Source of the DNA: a virus
Lineage: Duplodnaviria; Caudoviricetes
Direction: 5' to 3' (one strand)
IMG/VR virus record: IMGVR_UViG_3300014205_000002
Coordinates: 96,001 to 160,000 of that record
DNA: 64,000 nucleotides
In this document: positions 46,190-54,692 of the stretch, one piece after another
Layout of the letters: each line of letters opens with the position of its first letter
Position numbering within the stretch: position 1 is the stretch's first letter
Notes under the pieces: model-generated
The model's input: only the letters and a program-made list of their open reading frames with translations
What the model was told of the DNA's origin: nothing
The model's database searches: none
Program-made: the position numbers and the translations under genes

Positions 46190-47433
46190 TCCGCGTCCTT
46201 CACACCGCAGACTGGCACCTCGGGGTTACCGGCTACGGCCAGATGAACCCCGTGTCCGGCCAGCACCAACGGCTGGAAGACTACTTGGCTACTATCGACC
46301 AGATGGTCGCCTACGCCCTGGCGAACCTGATCGACGTGTTCCTGGTCTCTGGCGACATCTACCACACCAAGACGCCGGACAGCACGCAGCAGCGCGAGTT
46401 CGCCAAGCGCGTGCATGTGCTCGTGCAGGCGGGCATCCTGGTCGTGCTGCTGGTCGGCAACCACGACGCGATCGGACGCGAAAACGCCGCGAACCCGCTC
46501 GATCTCTACACAGCGCTCGACATCCCTGGCGTTTACGTCCTGCGTGAGCCCGCGGTGACCACGATCGAGACCCGCAGCGGGCCGGTTCAAGTGGCTTCAT
46601 TGCCGCACATGTCTCGGTCGATCATCGAGGCGCGCCGCACGGAGATGGCGGAGGACATGAACGCGAGCGAACATGAGATGGAGGCCATCCTCGGCGGCAT
46701 CGTCACGGAGCTGGCGGGTCGGATCGACCCGACGATTCCCTCCGTGCTCGCCGCTCACTGGGCGATCGACGTGGCCCTGGCGGGAAGCGAGGGGCAGATG
46801 ATGCTCGGCCGCGGGCTCACCCTGTCGCTCGCGGCGCTCCAGCAGCCGGAATTCGACTATGTGGCGATGGGGCATATCCACAAGCCCCAGAGTTGGCTCG
46901 GAGAGGGCCCGCTGGTGGCTTACCCAGGCTCGCCCGACCGCGTGGACTTCGGTGAGGAAGACGACGAGAAGGGCTTCCTCGTGGTCGAGCTGGAAGCCGG
47001 CAGCGCCACGTCGGTGCGAGTGCCGCTCCAGGTGCGCCCCTTCGTGACGATCCGCCCGAACCTGACGGACGCCGAGTACCCGACCGATGCGCTGGTGGCA
47101 GCGATCGGCCAGGTCGAGGTGGCCGGCGCGGTCGTGCGGCTGGCCTACACGCTCAAGTCGGATCGGGTCAAGCAGATCGACGAGGCGCGCGTGCGGGAGG
47201 CGCTCGCGTCGGCCTTCTATGTCGCCTGGCGGCCGAACATCTTGCCCGCCGAGGCACGCATGCGAAACCCCAGCCTCGCGGCCAGCTGCGCCGGCGATCC
47301 GCTGACGTCACTCGGATCCTATATCGACGCCATGCCTGAACTGGCCGATCGACGCGAGGTGCTGCTTGCAGCTGGCGCGGCGCTGTGCGCCAGTCTTTCG
47401 GGCGACCCCATTGGAGAGGTAGCCCGCGCATGA
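46186..47433 (+). CDS. sbcD: SbcD/Mre11 nuclease
   Basis: HTADWHLG, SGDIY, GNHD, AMGHIH, YPGSP.R.DFGE. Confidence 0.95.
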   Translation: MIRVLHTADWHLGVTGYGQMNPVSGQHQRLEDYLATIDQMVAYALANLIDVFLVSGDIYHTKTPDSTQQREFAKRVHVLVQAGILVVLLVGNHDAIGRENAANPLDLYTALDIPGVYVLREPAVTTIETRSGPVQVASLPHMSRSIIEARRTEMAEDMNASEHEMEAILGGIVTELAGRIDPTIPSVLAAHWAIDVALAGSEGQMMLGRGLTLSLAALQQPEFDYVAMGHIHKPQSWLGEGPLVAYPGSPDRVDFGEEDDEKGFLVVELEAGSATSVRVPLQVRPFVTIRPNLTDAEYPTDALVAAIGQVEVAGAVVRLAYTLKSDRVKQIDEARVREALASAFYVAWRPNILPAEARMRNPSLAASCAGDPLTSLGSYIDAMPELADRREVLLAAGAALCASLSGDPIGEVARA

Positions 47434-50051
47434 TCCCGAACCGTATTCGCCTGCGCAACTTCATGTCGCACGAGAACATGGATCTCGACCTCACGGCGAT
47501 CCACGCCGCCGTGCTCACCGGCTCAAACGGGGCCGGCAAGTCGGCGATCCTTGAAAGCATCATCTGGGCCCTCTGGGGCAAGTGCCGCTCGGACAATGAC
47601 GAGGTGATCCGGATCGGCCAGGCCGAGTGTCAGGTCGAGCTGACTTTCGAGTGCGAGGGCGCGCTCTACCGTGTCACCCGCCGGCGCAGCACCAAGAAGG
47701 GGGTCGCGACCCAGTTGGAACTCTGCTACATCCCCGACTCCGTGGACACCGACAAGAACATCCCCATGACCGGAGCCGGGGTCAAGGAGACGCAGCTGCG
47801 CATCAACGATCTGCTCAAGATCGACTATGAGACGTTCACCGCCTCGGTCTTCTTGGGCCAGGGCAAGAGCGACACCTTCACGGTGGCGAAGCCCACCGAA
47901 CGGAAAGCCTTGCTAGGCGAGATTCTGGGGCTCTCGCAATACGATATCCTGGCCCAGGGAGCGCGCGATCGCGGGCGCATCGCGAGCGTGGCCGTGGACA
48001 GCCTGGAGGGCACGATCGCACGCCTGCGGGCGCGGGCGATGGAGGCCGGCGATCTCGATGGAGCGCTGGTGGCGTCCAAACTCGCGAGCGACCAGGCGGC
48101 GGCGGCACGGCAGGCGCTCGACGAATTACTGGCGAAGCTCCAGGCTGAGGCGTTGCTCACCGCGGCGGCCGCGGCCGAGGCTTTGCGCCATGAGCAAGCG
48201 CGGCTCGCGGCGGTGGCGATCCTTGCGCGCATCGACGGCGAGATTCTGGGTCTGCGCGGTCAGGCCGTCATTCCTGCCACGCGTGCGGACGTTGAGCAGG
48301 CCCACACGGTATGGCAGCAGCTGACGGCGGCCGAGGCCACGGCGCGCACCCGCGCGGACGCCTGGCAGGCCTTGCAGCAGCGCATCGGCCAGGAGGAGGC
48401 GCAGGGCCGGGATGGCCTGCACCGGATCGACCTCGCGATCGCCGGACGCGAGGAGAATGGGCGGGCCGCCCGGCGGGACTTGGAGCGCCGGCTGGAGGAG
48501 GCGCGGACCACCGCCGCCGGTCACGCCGCCCTCGTGACCGAGCATGCGAAGGTTCAGGCCGAGCTCGCGGCGGTCGAGGCGTTGCTGCCGCAGCTGGAGG
48601 CTGTGCAGCTGAACGGCATCGAGCTTCGCGCGGCGTACGACCTCCTCAAGGCCGATGGCGTGAGGATCGTGGAGCGCTGCGAGGCGACGGCGGCGAAGAT
48701 CACGCGGATGGACGCCGAACTCGGTCATGACGGCTGTGAGGCGACCTGTCCGCTGTGCGCGAGCTCACTGAGCGGCGAGCGGCTCGCGAACCTGCGCACC
48801 CAGCTAATCCAAGAGATGCAGACCGACGCCGAAAAGCGCTGTGAGGTCGCGGAGGCACTGGCACAGGCGGAGCCGAAGCTGGAGGCGTCCCGCGCGGCCT
48901 ATGTGGATTTGCGGGATCGCATCAAGGGCCAGGCCGATATCCAGCGCCGCGAGGTCGCACTGGCCGGCCAGGTGAGCCAGGCGGCCGATGCCGTGAGCCT
49001 GGTCGTCTGGCTGGAGTCGGCGGCCTCGGTCCAGGAGGTGCCGGATACCGAGTTGGTCGCGCTGCAATCTGAGCGTGCGGCCCTGGTGGCCGCGAACCTC
49101 GCTGTCAGCCAGGCATCGCTCGCCGAGCAGCAGGCGGTCGGACATGATGCCGCGGGCTACGCGGTGTTGCGCGGGCAGCTCGCGGAGGTTGCCGAGGCTC
49201 CGGCGCGCTGGGCCGAACTCCAGCAGGCGTTGTTGGCGGTCGAGCAGGCGCAGAGCGCTATTGCCCGCCTGGAGGGCGAGCGAGAGGGGCATGTGCGCTC
49301 GGCTAGCGAGGCCGCCATCGCGGCGAACGAGGCCCGTATCCGGGCGACCAGGCACGGGGACTGCGAGCGCGAACTGGCGGCCACCCAGTCGGAGGTGATC
49401 GCCCAGCGCAACGTGGAGCGTCTGGCTCAGCAAGAGGTCGCGCGCATCGAGGCGGCGATCACCCGGGCCCAGGAGGACGCTGCGGAGCTGGTGATTCGCG
49501 AGGTGGAATGGAACCGCGCCACCGAGGATGTGCGCACGTTCAAGACGCTCGACAAGGCCTTCGGCAAGGGCGGCATCCAGGCTCATGCGATCGAGGCCGC
49601 CATTCCCGAGATCGAAGAAGAGGCCAACAGGATCCTCGGGGGCATCTGCGAAAACCAGATGCGCATCACCCTCGTGACCCAACGCGACACCAAGGCGGGA
49701 ACGGTGGTGGAGACGCTCGACGTGCGGATCGAGGACGATGCTGGCGCGCGTCCCTACGAATCCTACTCGGGAGGCGAGGCTTTCCGTATCAACTTCGCCA
49801 TCCGGCTTGCGCTCTCGCGCCTGTTGGCGCGGCGTGCGGGGGCCAGGCTGGAGACGCTGGTGATCGACGAGGGCTTCGGTTCCCAAGACGATCAGGGGCG
49901 GGCGCGGTTGGTCGAAGCGATCAACGCCGTGTCTGGTGAATTCCGGCGTATCCTGGTCGTGACCCACATCCGCGAGTTGCGCGAGCTGTTCAACACGCAG
50001 ATCGACGTCACAAAGGTGCGTGGCGTCTCCCATGTGCGCGTGGCGGGTTAG
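47430..50051 (+). CDS. sbcC: SbcC/Rad50 SMC-like ATPase
   Basis: GSNGAGKS, Zn hook CPLC, SYSGGE, IDEGFG, VVTH. Confidence 0.95.
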   Translation: MIPNRIRLRNFMSHENMDLDLTAIHAAVLTGSNGAGKSAILESIIWALWGKCRSDNDEVIRIGQAECQVELTFECEGALYRVTRRRSTKKGVATQLELCYIPDSVDTDKNIPMTGAGVKETQLRINDLLKIDYETFTASVFLGQGKSDTFTVAKPTERKALLGEILGLSQYDILAQGARDRGRIASVAVDSLEGTIARLRARAMEAGDLDGALVASKLASDQAAAARQALDELLAKLQAEALLTAAAAAEALRHEQARLAAVAILARIDGEILGLRGQAVIPATRADVEQAHTVWQQLTAAEATARTRADAWQALQQRIGQEEAQGRDGLHRIDLAIAGREENGRAARRDLERRLEEARTTAAGHAALVTEHAKVQAELAAVEALLPQLEAVQLNGIELRAAYDLLKADGVRIVERCEATAAKITRMDAELGHDGCEATCPLCASSLSGERLANLRTQLIQEMQTDAEKRCEVAEALAQAEPKLEASRAAYVDLRDRIKGQADIQRREVALAGQVSQAADAVSLVVWLESAASVQEVPDTELVALQSERAALVAANLAVSQASLAEQQAVGHDAAGYAVLRGQLAEVAEAPARWAELQQALLAVEQAQSAIARLEGEREGHVRSASEAAIAANEARIRATRHGDCERELAATQSEVIAQRNVERLAQQEVARIEAAITRAQEDAAELVIREVEWNRATEDVRTFKTLDKAFGKGGIQAHAIEAAIPEIEEEANRILGGICENQMRITLVTQRDTKAGTVVETLDVRIEDDAGARPYESYSGGEAFRINFAIRLALSRLLARRAGARLETLVIDEGFGSQDDQGRARLVEAINAVSGEFRRILVVTHIRELRELFNTQIDVTKVRGVSHVRVAG

Positions 50052-50377
50052 ACGTCAGGGAGGTCGCCCCGCTCGGCGTAAGCGGCGCGCACCTCCTTGA
50101 CGTAGCGGCGGCACGGATAGAAGTGCGGAACCGCCCGGGGCGGGAGGAGTTCCTCCTCCTTGGTCTTCGGGCGGACGAACCGCTGGGCCTTGTGGATCGT
50201 GACTCCGAAAATGCCAAAATTCCGAAACGTGACGGAAAGCCCGTCCCGCATGGCCTTGGCGAGCACGTCCAAGAAGGCGTCCAGGACAGTCTCTACGTCC
50301 TCCTGAGAGATCTGGGCGCGGTGAGAAACAGCCTGTATCAGGCGTCTTCGTGATAACGAGGGGCCATGCTTGTTCAT
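50048..50377 (-). CDS. HU/IHF-family DNA-binding protein
   Basis: LIQAVS...VLDAFLDVL...SVTFRNFGIF...RPKT.E...P.R.VP.F. Confidence 0.9.
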   Translation of the reverse strand: MNKHGPSLSRRRLIQAVSHRAQISQEDVETVLDAFLDVLAKAMRDGLSVTFRNFGIFGVTIHKAQRFVRPKTKEEELLPPRAVPHFYPCRRYVKEVRAAYAERGDLPDV

Positions 50378-50383
50378 GGAACC

Positions 50384-50412
50384 ATTATCCGCGCGGGTCG
50401 GACCAAGGTCAA
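50384..50412 (-). promoter_or_regulatory. promoter TTGACC-N17-GATAAT; start site falls on the HU ATG (leaderless)
   Basis: + strand GGTCAA 50407-412, ATTATC 50384-389; 6 nt to ATG at 50377. Confidence 0.65.
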
Positions 50413-50458
50413 GAACCGCTCGAAGTGAGACGGTGACTCGACCCTGCGGACTGACTGA

Positions 50459-50501
50459 ACTCTGATTACATGTTGCATTTGTAATCAGAGTGCGGTAATG
50501 T
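50459..50501 (+). promoter_or_regulatory. 12-bp inverted-repeat operator overlapping a TTGCAT-N17-TAATGT promoter
   Basis: ACTCTGATTACA 50459-470 / TGTAATCAGAGT 50480-491; -35 50473-478, -10 50496-501. Confidence 0.65.
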
Positions 50502-50546
50502 GCAAGAGTACATATAACGACGTGGTCGGCAAAAAAGGAGTGAACC

Positions 50547-50903
50547 ATGAGTCAAGCGGCAGCGCCCAAGATCGTCTGCATCTACGACTGCCAGGTGGTG
50601 AAGAACGGTCGGTCCTTGTCGGTGACGCTCCGGAACCATGTCTCAAAGGCCATGGGGCTAAAGCCTGGTGACCCCGTGCGAATCGCGGTCCGCGATGACG
50701 GGGTGCATGTGCTGGTCTTCATGGAGACAGAGATGACCAGCAACGGCGGCTCGACGACCATGCCGCGGCCGATTCATCTGGCGATGGAGGATCCGACCAA
50801 GCCGCTCCTGGTCATTCCCGAAGGCCGGCGCGTGCGGGCGAAGACGTCCTTCATTCGTAGCCTGAACGCGCGCGATCAGCGCCAGTTCAAGTTCGCCCAG
50901 TAG
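50547..50903 (+). CDS. AbrB/MazE/SpoVT-type DNA-binding protein
   Basis: AAGGAG RBS; VVKNGRSLSVTL...SKAMGLKPGDPVRI. Confidence 0.8.
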   Translation: MSQAAAPKIVCIYDCQVVKNGRSLSVTLRNHVSKAMGLKPGDPVRIAVRDDGVHVLVFMETEMTSNGGSTTMPRPIHLAMEDPTKPLLVIPEGRRVRAKTSFIRSLNARDQRQFKFAQ

Positions 50904-50904
50904 G

Positions 50905-51681
50905 TCAGATGATCTCGGGACCGCCGTCGCCCTCGCGCGGCTTGTCCGCGATCAGGCTCTGGGGGGTCTGAACCTGGAGCCTGAGGGCGAACTCTTCCAT
51001 CCACTTGTCCTTGTCCTTGTCGAGCTCATACTTGAAGCTCTGCTCGGAGAACTTGTTGACCATGCCGCCGCAGGCGATCGCCTTGTCGAACAGTTCGTTG
51101 AAGTGGGCGCGCTGCTGGGCGGGCTGATCCTCATTGATGATCGCCTCAAGCTGCGGCTTGATGTAGAGCTTCATCATGTTGTGGAAGAGGTGCAGGGCCT
51201 CGCCGACCGCGGTCTTGGCGTCGACCTTCGTGTCCGACTGCTGGTTTGAGAGGAACAGCAGCTGGCCCGTGTCGAACGCCATCGCGTTGCGCATGAGCAT
51301 GGCGGCTTGAGGCCGGATGTTCTGGAGCTTGTCGAGGTAGAGCGCGCGCTCGACTTCCGTGGGGAAGACCGAGACGTCGAAGAAGCAGTCCGCGTAAACC
51401 TGGACGTCGTCGATGCTGTCCTTGAGGATCTTGGCGGTGTCGGCCACGGAGCGTGTGGCGAACAGGATCACCTCGTACATCGTCCGGGTGGACTCCGAGC
51501 GGTAGATCTCCAGGGCGCGGTTGTAGGCGCGCACCTTGAGCTTGCCCTCAACGACCTGGCGCAGGGTCTGGGCGATCTTGTCGGCCTTGCTCATGACGAG
51601 CAGGCCGTCGCGCTGGGGTTCCTCTCCTGTGGCGAGCGCGACGCAGTTCCAGCGATGCCTGGGCGAGTGCATGTGGCTCAT
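50905..51681 (-). CDS. hypothetical protein with HTH-like segment
   Basis: SPRHRW; SVADTAKILKDSIDDVQVYADCFFDV. Confidence 0.75.
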   Translation of the reverse strand: MSHMHSPRHRWNCVALATGEEPQRDGLLVMSKADKIAQTLRQVVEGKLKVRAYNRALEIYRSESTRTMYEVILFATRSVADTAKILKDSIDDVQVYADCFFDVSVFPTEVERALYLDKLQNIRPQAAMLMRNAMAFDTGQLLFLSNQQSDTKVDAKTAVGEALHLFHNMMKLYIKPQLEAIINEDQPAQQRAHFNELFDKAIACGGMVNKFSEQSFKYELDKDKDKWMEEFALRLQVQTPQSLIADKPREGDGGPEII

Positions 51682-51684
51682 GCG

Positions 51685-52380
51685 CTACCCTTTCGGCTTC
51701 GGCTTGCTGATCCCTTTGCTCGCGGGCTTCCCCTTGGCCTTGGCGGCCGGGGGTTTGGTCGCTTCCTTTTTTTTAGCTGGCGGCGGAGCTGGCTCTGGCT
51801 GAGGCTTTGGTCTGGGGCCGACGGATACGCCCTTGACGCCGTTGCGATCGCGCTTGACTGCGGTGATGTTGTCGGCGTCGCCGGCGATGTTCAGCATGAA
51901 ATCGGGGACGCCGTCGAGATCGACGCCGTGGGCGTTCACCTTACCAGCTCCCTTGCGTTTGCCGGGGACGTCGTTCTTGCTGGCTGGTTTCTTCGCGCCC
52001 TTGCGCGCAGGCTCGGGCACTCTGATCTCGACATCTTCGGGGCCGAGGGAGCCCTCGGGGTTGGACTTGAGCTTGACCTTGACGCCGTTGAAGTCGCGAT
52101 CGCGCAAGGGCCCCACGATCGACGAGCCCGCGATGATTGGGCAACCCTCGGTGCGCTCGTACAGGACGAAGACGTAGAAGCTATCGGGAACGACGACGTC
52201 GTCTTCTTCCTCGCGAAAGGCGTGCTTGATGCTGCCCTTCGCCATCTGTTCCTTCTGTACCAGGATCCGCAGGGTATGACCATCTTCGGCGAGGATCTCA
52301 TTGAGGATTCGCTCGCCTTTGGGGGTCATGATGTCGAGGAGTTGGCACTCCTTGCGGAGCCTGGCGCGCAGCAGGAACAT
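51685..52380 (-). CDS. hypothetical protein with Lys/Pro/Ala-rich basic tail
   Basis: Codon bias; histone-H1-like C-terminus. Confidence 0.75.
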   Translation of the reverse strand: MFLLRARLRKECQLLDIMTPKGERILNEILAEDGHTLRILVQKEQMAKGSIKHAFREEEDDVVVPDSFYVFVLYERTEGCPIIAGSSIVGPLRDRDFNGVKVKLKSNPEGSLGPEDVEIRVPEPARKGAKKPASKNDVPGKRKGAGKVNAHGVDLDGVPDFMLNIAGDADNITAVKRDRNGVKGVSVGPRPKPQPEPAPPPAKKKEATKPPAAKAKGKPASKGISKPKPKG

Positions 52381-52383
52381 CGC

Positions 52384-54573
52384 CTATACGGCGGCGGCGT
52401 TCCGTCCGACCATCTGCGCGTTCACGAGATTCGCGCGGAACTTGTCGGACTCGTCGAGGATGCGCTTGCCCTCGTTCTCGGTGATGAAAGGAATCTTGCC
52501 CAGGCGCACCAGTAGCAGGATGCGGCCGGCGAGATCCTGGACGTCCTCCAGCTGGTTGCCCAGCGTGGAGTACATGGCCGCCATCTCGTCGGGTCCAAGC
52601 AGGCCCATCGCCATGGAGGTGAGCTCGTCGGCAACCTCGGCAAAGAAGGGGATGTCGGGACCGATGCCTGCGCCGAAGTCAGCCCCAGGGGCTGCGGCAC
52701 CGGGAACCCCTGGCGCACCCGGTGCGCCGTTGGAGGCGTTCGGCATCCCCGGTGCGGCCCCGCGCTGACCGGGAGGTCCAGAGGGGGCCTGGCCGGCGGG
52801 TGCCTCCTGGACGGCGCGGTTGGCATCCGGCCCGCCTGGTCCGGACTCCTTGGGCGGCTCACTGGTCTTGCGGTTGGGTCCGCTCTTGTCGGGGCTGAGA
52901 TCCTTCTCCTCGCCTTCGGAGGCGGGGCGCTGGGCCGCAGACTTGACCACGCCGTAGAGCAGCAGCGCGAGGGCGAGCGGCTCACTGGCGAGCGAGGCCT
53001 CCTTGCGCAGAGGCTCCTCGGTGAGGATGGCCTTGAACGGCCGTGCCACATGGATGTCGACCTGGCGCAGGTGTTCGAGTGCGTGCTCGGGGCTGAACCC
53101 GTAGCGATTCATGAGCTGAGCGAGCAGGGGCCCGCGAGCCATGCCCTCGGAGACGGCGCGGCCAGCTTCCTGGATCGAGTACAGACCGCCGCCGCGGAGG
53201 ACACGCACCTCGGTCTTCTTTGGCTGGGCTTCGATATTGGGGCCTGGATACTGGCCGCGCATCGGGTTAAGATCGATCCGCTTCGGCTGGAGCCTGTAGA
53301 TCATGTAGCCCGTCTTCGGGAAGGCAATCTCGCTCTGGGACAGGCGGTAGGGGCGCTTGTTGTCGCCGAACCGCAGCGTCTCCGTAGCCTGGTAGCCGAG
53401 CGCGGGCGCGACCACCAGCGTGAAGCATCCGCCAGGCAGCTCGGTGAAGCCCCGGATCGTGAAGGGCACAGAGGCCTCGCCGGTCTGCTCACAGAGAATG
53501 AAGGCGACCTCGCCGGGCTTGAAGCTGGAGGGCTGGTAGAACTGATGCAACTCCTCGGAAGAGGTGCTGGGGCTCGGCGTGGCGTAGATCCACTGATCGA
53601 AGGCGTGACCGTCCTCCATTGCCGCAAGCATGTAGGAGCAAGGGCGGCCGTCCAAATAGGTCGTACGGAAGGCGCGCAGGCGGCCTTCGAGAGCGTCGCT
53701 GTGGACTGCGTACCAGCCGGGCTCATTGACGGACTGCGCGCAGGGCTCGTCCTTGGGGCGCGGATACATCTGCTCGTAGTCGCCGGCGATGCCGAAGGCG
53801 CTCTTGTCGCGGAAGTCGAGGATGATGGGCAACCCCTTCATGAGCGCGACCACATGGGCTGCGGGATCGTGACCACAGGAGGCCAGAAACTCGGCGGCGG
53901 CCTTGATTGAGATCCAATCACTGGTCTGGCCGTCGGCGGTGATGGTGGCGGTGTCTCGGTGCGAGGGATCGACAACCACTGCCGTCGCGAAGGGCTTGAG
54001 CGAGGCGGCCTTGCAGCGATCCATCAGCGCGACCATGTCGTCGAGGTGGCGCTCGACGAGGAACTCGTCGAGGCCCTCGCAGGCGGCCTTACCGAGAAGG
54101 GTCTCGACGGCCAGGCGTGCGCCATCGCCCAGGCGCTCGGTCGCGAGCTTGACCGGCTGGGTCATGTTCATGACGTCGGGGCGTCCGCGCCGGCGGCCCG
54201 CACCGAACATGCCCGAGTAGGGCGGCATCAGGCTCATGGCGAGGTCACCCTGGGCTCCGGGTGGCAACTTCTCGACGGGCTTGCCCAGACCGACGCCGCC
54301 TACGGCCATCGTCGCATTGACCTCGGTAAGGCGGCAGAAGCGGCTCTCGCCGTCCTCCATGCGCATCAGGAGGTCGATGGGCTTGAGGTCGAACGAGCGC
54401 ACCACGAAGGGTACGAAGGCACCGGTGAGCGCGACGACGCCGAACGCGTTACCCTCCTCGTCGTTCTCCAGGATGCGCACGAACTGCACATACGGCTCCA
54501 GGGCAGGGAACTGCTGGTTCAGCTGCTGAGCAATGACGACGCCCCATTGGGCGGGATCGAGGGGCAGACGCAT
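52384..54573 (-). CDS. 729-aa hypothetical protein, probable virion/head protein
   Basis: GGAGGA RBS 7 nt before ATG 54573; repeated KxA motifs; Pro/Gly/Ala low-complexity linker. Confidence 0.8.
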   Translation of the reverse strand: MRLPLDPAQWGVVIAQQLNQQFPALEPYVQFVRILENDEEGNAFGVVALTGAFVPFVVRSFDLKPIDLLMRMEDGESRFCRLTEVNATMAVGGVGLGKPVEKLPPGAQGDLAMSLMPPYSGMFGAGRRRGRPDVMNMTQPVKLATERLGDGARLAVETLLGKAACEGLDEFLVERHLDDMVALMDRCKAASLKPFATAVVVDPSHRDTATITADGQTSDWISIKAAAEFLASCGHDPAAHVVALMKGLPIILDFRDKSAFGIAGDYEQMYPRPKDEPCAQSVNEPGWYAVHSDALEGRLRAFRTTYLDGRPCSYMLAAMEDGHAFDQWIYATPSPSTSSEELHQFYQPSSFKPGEVAFILCEQTGEASVPFTIRGFTELPGGCFTLVVAPALGYQATETLRFGDNKRPYRLSQSEIAFPKTGYMIYRLQPKRIDLNPMRGQYPGPNIEAQPKKTEVRVLRGGGLYSIQEAGRAVSEGMARGPLLAQLMNRYGFSPEHALEHLRQVDIHVARPFKAILTEEPLRKEASLASEPLALALLLYGVVKSAAQRPASEGEEKDLSPDKSGPNRKTSEPPKESGPGGPDANRAVQEAPAGQAPSGPPGQRGAAPGMPNASNGAPGAPGVPGAAAPGADFGAGIGPDIPFFAEVADELTSMAMGLLGPDEMAAMYSTLGNQLEDVQDLAGRILLLVRLGKIPFITENEGKRILDESDKFRANLVNAQMVGRNAAAV

Positions 54574-54616
54574 CCGAGGGTCCTCCAGGCTATAGTTTAG
54601 CACGGCTTCTGAGGCT

Positions 54617-54662
54617 ATTATAGGGGGAGCGGCCGGATGGTCGGTCCACCGTGCCGTATAAT
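54617..54662. promoter_or_regulatory. back-to-back divergent TATAAT boxes
   Basis: ATTATA 54617-622 (TATAAT on -) and TATAAT 54657-662 (+) between divergent genes. Confidence 0.6.
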
Positions 54663-54692
54663 ATGGGTAGGGCCAACGGTCCATGAGGTGAT

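Noticed and set aside
145-50033. Many long - strand ORFs (e.g. 5560-6684, 6693-7829, 41774-42829, 48804-50033)
   Set aside because: Antisense shadows of well-supported + strand genes, expected with high GC3; no RBS or family motifs
54574-54684. N-terminal extension of the 766-aa track ORF (similar extensions at 4990, 6192, 10828, 12054, 13031, 45757)
   Set aside because: Overlaps promoters or upstream genes; downstream starts have strong SD sequences
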